From positions 1 through 46,610 of the forward strand of contig CAYIAA010000005.1 of assembly GCA_964361405.1 (NCBI GenBank): a DNA stretch of 46,610 bases, in the 5' to 3' direction. Positions 42,912-46,610 of the stretch are shown one piece after another. Both the position numbers and the translations under genes were made by a program. The first letter of the stretch is position 1. Each line of letters starts with the position of its first letter. The stretch is from an uncultured Candidatus Saccharibacteria bacterium. GTDB lineage: Bacteria; Patescibacteriota; Minisyncoccia; Phycocordibacterales; UBA3531. The notes under the pieces were generated by a model. The model saw nothing but the letters and a program-made list of their open reading frames with translations, did not search any database and was not told the DNA's origin.

Positions 42912-43329
42912 GCTGGTTTACCTTGATCGTGCCGATCATATCGAAGTGGTCGCGGTGTTCTCCGTCAATATCTCCCTCCCCGCAGGGGACCGAGCAATAA
43001 TACTGAAAATCTCCCGGTCTTGTTGCCACGAATTCAACCGTGACAGTGCTTTTTGCTGGCATGCGCTGGGAGATGCCGTAGGCATCGATCGCAAAACCAT
43101 GGTCATAATCGTCTTCGTTCACAACTGTGGCAATAATCCGGTCCCCTTGATTAATCACGATATCTTCCGGCTTAAAACGCCATTCATTTTTTTTGGCGAT
43201 GATTGTAACCTCGACAACTTTTCCCGTTTCAACGGGCTTCGACGATTCGGGGATGAGGAATAGCCGGTAACCGACACCGGCGAGGACAACTGTTATCCCC
43301 ACGATCAACAGAAGGATGAACTTATTCAT
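42895..43329 (-). CDS. Membrane-anchored cupredoxin, COX2/CuA-like with a variant metal-site spacing
   Basis: N-terminal TM segment, then DHGFAIDAYG...PGDFQYYCSVPCGEGDIDGEHRDHFDM, i.e. H...C-x3-C-x11-H-x2-M. Confidence 0.72.
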   Translation of the reverse strand: MNKFILLLIVGITVVLAGVGYRLFLIPESSKPVETGKVVEVTIIAKKNEWRFKPEDIVINQGDRIIATVVNEDDYDHGFAIDAYGISQRMPAKSTVTVEFVATRPGDFQYYCSVPCGEGDIDGEHRDHFDMIGTIKVNQLVGIH

Positions 43330-43332
43330 TGT

Positions 43333-44706
43333 TTATCTACGATTCAGGTACCGGTTGACTCCATAAGAGAGGAGCGCGATTAAAACGAGCGAAATCCCCG
43401 CGAGAATCCATCGTATATTCAAGACAATGCCGGCCATGGTGGTTGGTTCATCAACATGTGTCGGATCTAGAGGGTCCGTACGCGCAAATACCACGGCGGC
43501 AGCTTGTAGAGAGGGGTCTGCGGCCGTTTCTTCAAGCGTTCCGACGGGTTGGTATCCTTTGTATTGAAAAAGCATTGTCATACCTGCCGCCGCATGGTGG
43601 ATATGGTGGCAGTGAAGCGCCCACGGTCCCGGATTATTTGCATTAATGGCGATATCAAGTGTTTCGCCGGGGTTTATGGTAATCGTGTTTCGTTCCTCCC
43701 GGGCAGATTTAGAGAGAGAGAACCCATCTCGTGCGACGACGGTGAAGCTGTGCCCATGGAGATGCATGGGGTGTGAAGCGGCGGAGCCGGCATTAATGAA
43801 GCGAATGAGGATGCGTTCTCCCTGATTTACCGCGAGCGCTGGGATGTGGGGGAAGATTCTTCCGTTAATGGTGAAGGTATTGAAGTCTGGAACGGTATCC
43901 ATCATACCTGCCTGGCCGGCGCCGTGCATATGCCCCGCGGCGGTATTGATGCCGCCCATCATGATTTCCCACTCATCGAGAACAAGCGTGTAGTCCCGAT
44001 CGTAACTCTCCGCACTTTTTTTATCTTCTTTAGAAGTTTTTGCCTCAACAATGAATGCACCCGAGAGACCCATGTCGAGTTGCTGTGCCGATGTCATGTG
44101 GTCTGCCCCATGTGTGTGATAGAAACGCGTGCCAGCCGGCACTGCGTCAAACTCGTAGGTGAACTCCTCGCCGGGCCCGATGGCATCTTGTGTTATTCCT
44201 GGTACGCCGTCCTCTTGCCATGGAACATCAAGTCCGTGCCAGTGTACCGAGGTCGGTACCGGTAAATTGTTTTTGACAATGATTCGGATTTTGTCTCCTT
44301 CGGTGACGCGGATTTCCGGACCCGGAATTTGCCCGTTATATCCCCAGACGTGAACATATTGTCCTGGAGCATATTCCCATCGGAATTCCTCCGCTTCGAG
44401 ACGGAATTCCTTAACGCCGTTTACGAGCGTGGGAGAGAGGGTGGCGCGCGATGCGGGAGTTTGGATCGGAAGGCGCGCGATTTCCGCCGCGCTCGGAAGT
44501 TCGCCCATCATGGCGTCGCTCGTATCGGTGTGCATGTCATCCATACCATCCATGTGCGAATCTGTTTCTGTCAGTGCCTTAAATCGCGTCGGCAGGTAAT
44601 AGACGAAGGTAATGATGAGAAGCAGGGAAAATGCGATTAGAAATCGCAATTGCCAGTTCGGATTTGAACTTGAATTAGGGATTCCAAGAGAGCTTTCGTT
44701 CGTCAT
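43333..44706 (-). CDS. Multicopper oxidase (small, probably two-domain) with TM segments at both ends and a Met/His/Asp-rich N-terminal tract
   Basis: Copper motifs VHWHG, FYHTHG, HPMHLHGH and HCHHIHHAAAGM. N-terminal TM segment FLIAFSLLLIITFVYYL, followed by DSHMDGMDDMHTDTSDAMMG. C-terminal TM segment WILAGISLVLIALLSYGV. Confidence 0.86.
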   Translation of the reverse strand: MTNESSLGIPNSSSNPNWQLRFLIAFSLLLIITFVYYLPTRFKALTETDSHMDGMDDMHTDTSDAMMGELPSAAEIARLPIQTPASRATLSPTLVNGVKEFRLEAEEFRWEYAPGQYVHVWGYNGQIPGPEIRVTEGDKIRIIVKNNLPVPTSVHWHGLDVPWQEDGVPGITQDAIGPGEEFTYEFDAVPAGTRFYHTHGADHMTSAQQLDMGLSGAFIVEAKTSKEDKKSAESYDRDYTLVLDEWEIMMGGINTAAGHMHGAGQAGMMDTVPDFNTFTINGRIFPHIPALAVNQGERILIRFINAGSAASHPMHLHGHSFTVVARDGFSLSKSAREERNTITINPGETLDIAINANNPGPWALHCHHIHHAAAGMTMLFQYKGYQPVGTLEETAADPSLQAAAVVFARTDPLDPTHVDEPTTMAGIVLNIRWILAGISLVLIALLSYGVNRYLNRR

Positions 44707-45764
44707 ATTTTGATTTGTTTTTTCGCTCTAGTTTGTGATTGAGTACTCGCGGCTCGTTTCTTCATTTTGAAATAATACCACCAGAGCGGAATGAGCCAAA
44801 GGGAAACAAGCACCCAATTACCTAGTTCAAGCGGGAGTCCGAAGAGCCCTGTACCCGTTTCGAGTCCGTGCGCATGCGTAACCGTGCTCTCTAGCTTGCC
44901 CGCGATGAGTCCGGTAAACAGTTTCTCCTGCGTAATCTCTTCAAAGAGCGTGTGTTGGCCGGAATTCACCCACCAGTCATGCGTGAAGAGGCCTAAGACG
45001 AGAATAAATGCGGCAACAAAAACCATTCCCCATCCCGTTGCGCGCTCCACCTTGTCTTTCCTCGCGACGAGCCACGAGAGAGCGTTCACACCCAGGACGG
45101 CGAGGACTGCAAGGAGAATGAGCGGAAGAATTCTTCCCACGGCGTGTGTGAAAAAGAGGAGCCAGCCGTAGAACACGTCGCCTTCGGCCGCGATACGGGT
45201 GAGTATCACGGGAGTTGCCGGGTGAGGACAGCCGACACCGATGTTGCCGAGAAAAAGTCCCAAAAGCACGGCTTTTACATAGTCGCTCTGTTTTTGGATG
45301 AATGCAGGTGCCGCACCCGTGTATGACGGCATACGGACATTGATGAGGCCAAGTTCTCCGAGTGCGAAAAGATAGGCAAAGGCGCCGGCGATGAAGTAGA
45401 GCCAGTTTTTCACCGTCTCAAGCGGGGCGCCGAGGGAACCGATGGCATATTTCCCAAGGAGTGCGGCGGCAACGCCATAGAGAGAGAGAGTAAACGCGAC
45501 ACCGATACCGAATGAAAGCGCGATGGAGAGTCCTTTACCTAGCCCTTTTCCCATTGAGAGTGGAACAATAACAAAGGCGAGCGGGAGTGTGCAGGGAAGG
45601 ACAATCATCGTAAGTCCCGTTGCAAAGGAGAAAAGATACCATCCGAAGCCGACAGGAGTTTCGGGCCCGAGGAAAATAAACCAGCTAATCCCAAGAGCGA
45701 TAACTATTGCGATGGCAATCGCTACAACCACCACAACCTTCTTCATATCTTTCCTCGTTTCCAT
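44703..45764 (-). CDS. CcdA/DsbD-family polytopic membrane protein (transmembrane thiol-disulfide electron transfer)
   Basis: Multi-TM protein with two membrane-embedded Cys-Pro motifs (LPCTLPL and GVGCPHP). An ATGA overlap with the oxidase gene. The family assignment rests on motifs only. Confidence 0.55.
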   Translation of the reverse strand: METRKDMKKVVVVVAIAIAIVIALGISWFIFLGPETPVGFGWYLFSFATGLTMIVLPCTLPLAFVIVPLSMGKGLGKGLSIALSFGIGVAFTLSLYGVAAALLGKYAIGSLGAPLETVKNWLYFIAGAFAYLFALGELGLINVRMPSYTGAAPAFIQKQSDYVKAVLLGLFLGNIGVGCPHPATPVILTRIAAEGDVFYGWLLFFTHAVGRILPLILLAVLAVLGVNALSWLVARKDKVERATGWGMVFVAAFILVLGLFTHDWWVNSGQHTLFEEITQEKLFTGLIAGKLESTVTHAHGLETGTGLFGLPLELGNWVLVSLWLIPLWWYYFKMKKRAASTQSQTRAKKQIKI

Positions 45765-45780
45765 TTAGTTTGGCGAATTT

Positions 45781-46179
45781 TTACTTTCTGTACGCGATTG
45801 CGGTGAGTGCGAGACCTGCACCCAAAAGCCCTAAGTCTCTGAAGGTGTAATAATCTATGCCCGTAAGCACCAAAATGAAGAACATTTCAACAGTGATAAA
45901 TGCCGCGAGAGGCTGAAGAATTTTTTTCGGCAGGAACCAGGTGAGAAGAAGTACCGCGAGAATAAGCTCTCCGACACCTTGTACTTTGAGAAAAGTATTT
46001 ACCCCGATAGTTTCATTGACAAATGTTGAGAAAAAATCTGGCAGATTCACAAGGGCTTGATTAATGGCCCAGTGCCATGCTGTTGGGTTTTTTACGAGAT
46101 CGATGCCGGAGAAAATGTAGGTTGCCGCAAGTCCTACGCGAAGAGGAGCTTCCGGCTTCATGTGTGATATGAGTCTCAT
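45781..46179 (-). CDS. DoxX-like small membrane protein
   Basis: 132 aa and 4-TM like (RVGLAATYIFSGIDL..., GELILAVLLLTWF). The assignment is tentative. Confidence 0.45.
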   Translation of the reverse strand: MRLISHMKPEAPLRVGLAATYIFSGIDLVKNPTAWHWAINQALVNLPDFFSTFVNETIGVNTFLKVQGVGELILAVLLLTWFLPKKILQPLAAFITVEMFFILVLTGIDYYTFRDLGLLGAGLALTAIAYRK

Positions 46180-46188
46180 GGGATTAAA

Positions 46189-46455
46189 TTATGGGTTAGT
46201 AAGGCGCTTGAGCTCTTCGACGAATTTATCCTTATCGAATCCTCCGGTGGCCCAGAGTTCGCCGTTAATAATAATTCCCGGGGATGCGAAGATCATGTGT
46301 TTCCCTGCAAGTGCTTGTCCTTCGGGAGTAGTGACGGAGATGTCGCGGACGGTGACACTCGGCCATTTCATTTTTTCTGTTTCCCAGAATTCCATGAAGC
46401 GTCGGCAGTGTGCACATCCGGGAGACGTGACGACGTCAACTCGGATTTGATTCAT
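46189..46455 (-). CDS. Thioredoxin-fold protein (glutaredoxin-like, CxxC)
   Basis: 88 aa with VVTSPGCAHCRRF, then SPGIIINGEL. Confidence 0.8.
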   Translation of the reverse strand: MNQIRVDVVTSPGCAHCRRFMEFWETEKMKWPSVTVRDISVTTPEGQALAGKHMIFASPGIIINGELWATGGFDKDKFVEELKRLTNP

Positions 46456-46461
46456 ACATAC

Positions 46462-46467
46462 AGTATA
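46462..46467 (-). promoter_or_regulatory. TATACT -10 box 6 nt upstream of the Trx-like ATG (leaderless geometry; probable start of the copper/thiol operon)
   Basis: The minus strand reads TATACT-GTATGT-ATG. Confidence 0.4.
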
Positions 46468-46507
46468 TACAATTGCACAGTAGCGTGCATTTACTTGTCC
46501 CCACGCA

Positions 46508-46530
46508 AAACCCCGACATTGTCGGGGTTT
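46508..46530 (-). terminator. Hairpin terminator of the upstream partial gene
   Basis: AAACCCCGAC-ATT-GTCGGGGTTT. On the minus strand it is followed by TGCG after the U-rich stem end. Confidence 0.5.
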
Positions 46531-46561
46531 CTTGTACTGATGAACCGAGTGGCAGTTTCGC

Positions 46562-46610
46562 TTACTCTACGATCATCTCATCGACGAGAACGATGTTCCC
46601 GCAGGCAACG
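46562..46610 (-). CDS. 3' end of an unidentified gene running off the window
   Basis: The minus frame reads ...VACGNIVLVDEMIVE*. It is too short to assign. Confidence 0.3.
   Translation of the reverse strand, partial: VACGNIVLVDEMIVE

Noticed and set aside
1-46610. CRISPR arrays, IS elements or transposases, integrases, rRNA genes and obvious toxin-antitoxin or restriction systems.
   Set aside because: I found no short regularly spaced repeats, no terminal inverted repeats around a transposase-like ORF, and no recognisable motifs for these families in any listed ORF.

Overview
The window looks like a contig from a small-genome bacterium of roughly 45-50% GC, probably of the Patescibacteria/CPR type. 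That placement is an inference from three observations: S5 is followed directly by L15 with no L30 gene, pilin genes sit inside the ribosomal cluster, and there are many tiny membrane ORFs. The standard genetic code gives intact genes throughout.

Layout:
1. 1-5.9 kb: two very large surface proteins with beta-helix domains and dockerin-like tails. They carry abrupt high-GC mosaic blocks, and an orphan dockerin tail follows them.
2. 5.9-8.3 kb: family-4 UDG, a ComEC-type MBL protein, L28 and an M50 protease.
3. 8.4-26.8 kb: rpsL-rpsG-fusA-tuf-rpsJ, then rplC through rplO, secY, a small TM ORF plus two pilins, adk, map and ndk.
4. 26.8-27.4 kb: a non-coding gap holding two tandem, separately promoted copies of a structured RNA that I cannot assign to any family.
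5. 27.4-29.8 kb: a membrane protein, a beta-CASP RNase and a TIGR00725/LOG-like protein.
6. 29.8-33.6 kb (minus strand): infC-rpmI-rplT, small hypothetical genes, tmRNA with a duplicated 3' end, and smpB.
7. 33.7-38.2 kb: ftsH, tRNA-Ile(UAU) and recG.
8. 38.3-46.5 kb: a co-directional minus-strand cluster of Trx-like, DoxX-like, CcdA-like, multicopper oxidase, CuA-like cupredoxin, CopA, PCD, CopZ and an alpha/beta-hydrolase::Fe/Mn-SOD fusion.

The best candidates for something undescribed are the tandem RNA pair, the copper/thiol/superoxide cluster with its fusion protein, and the recombining dockerin-tailed surface-protein locus.

No CRISPR array, transposase, integrase or rRNA was seen. All calls rest on reading the sequence and on remembered family motifs; no database search was run.
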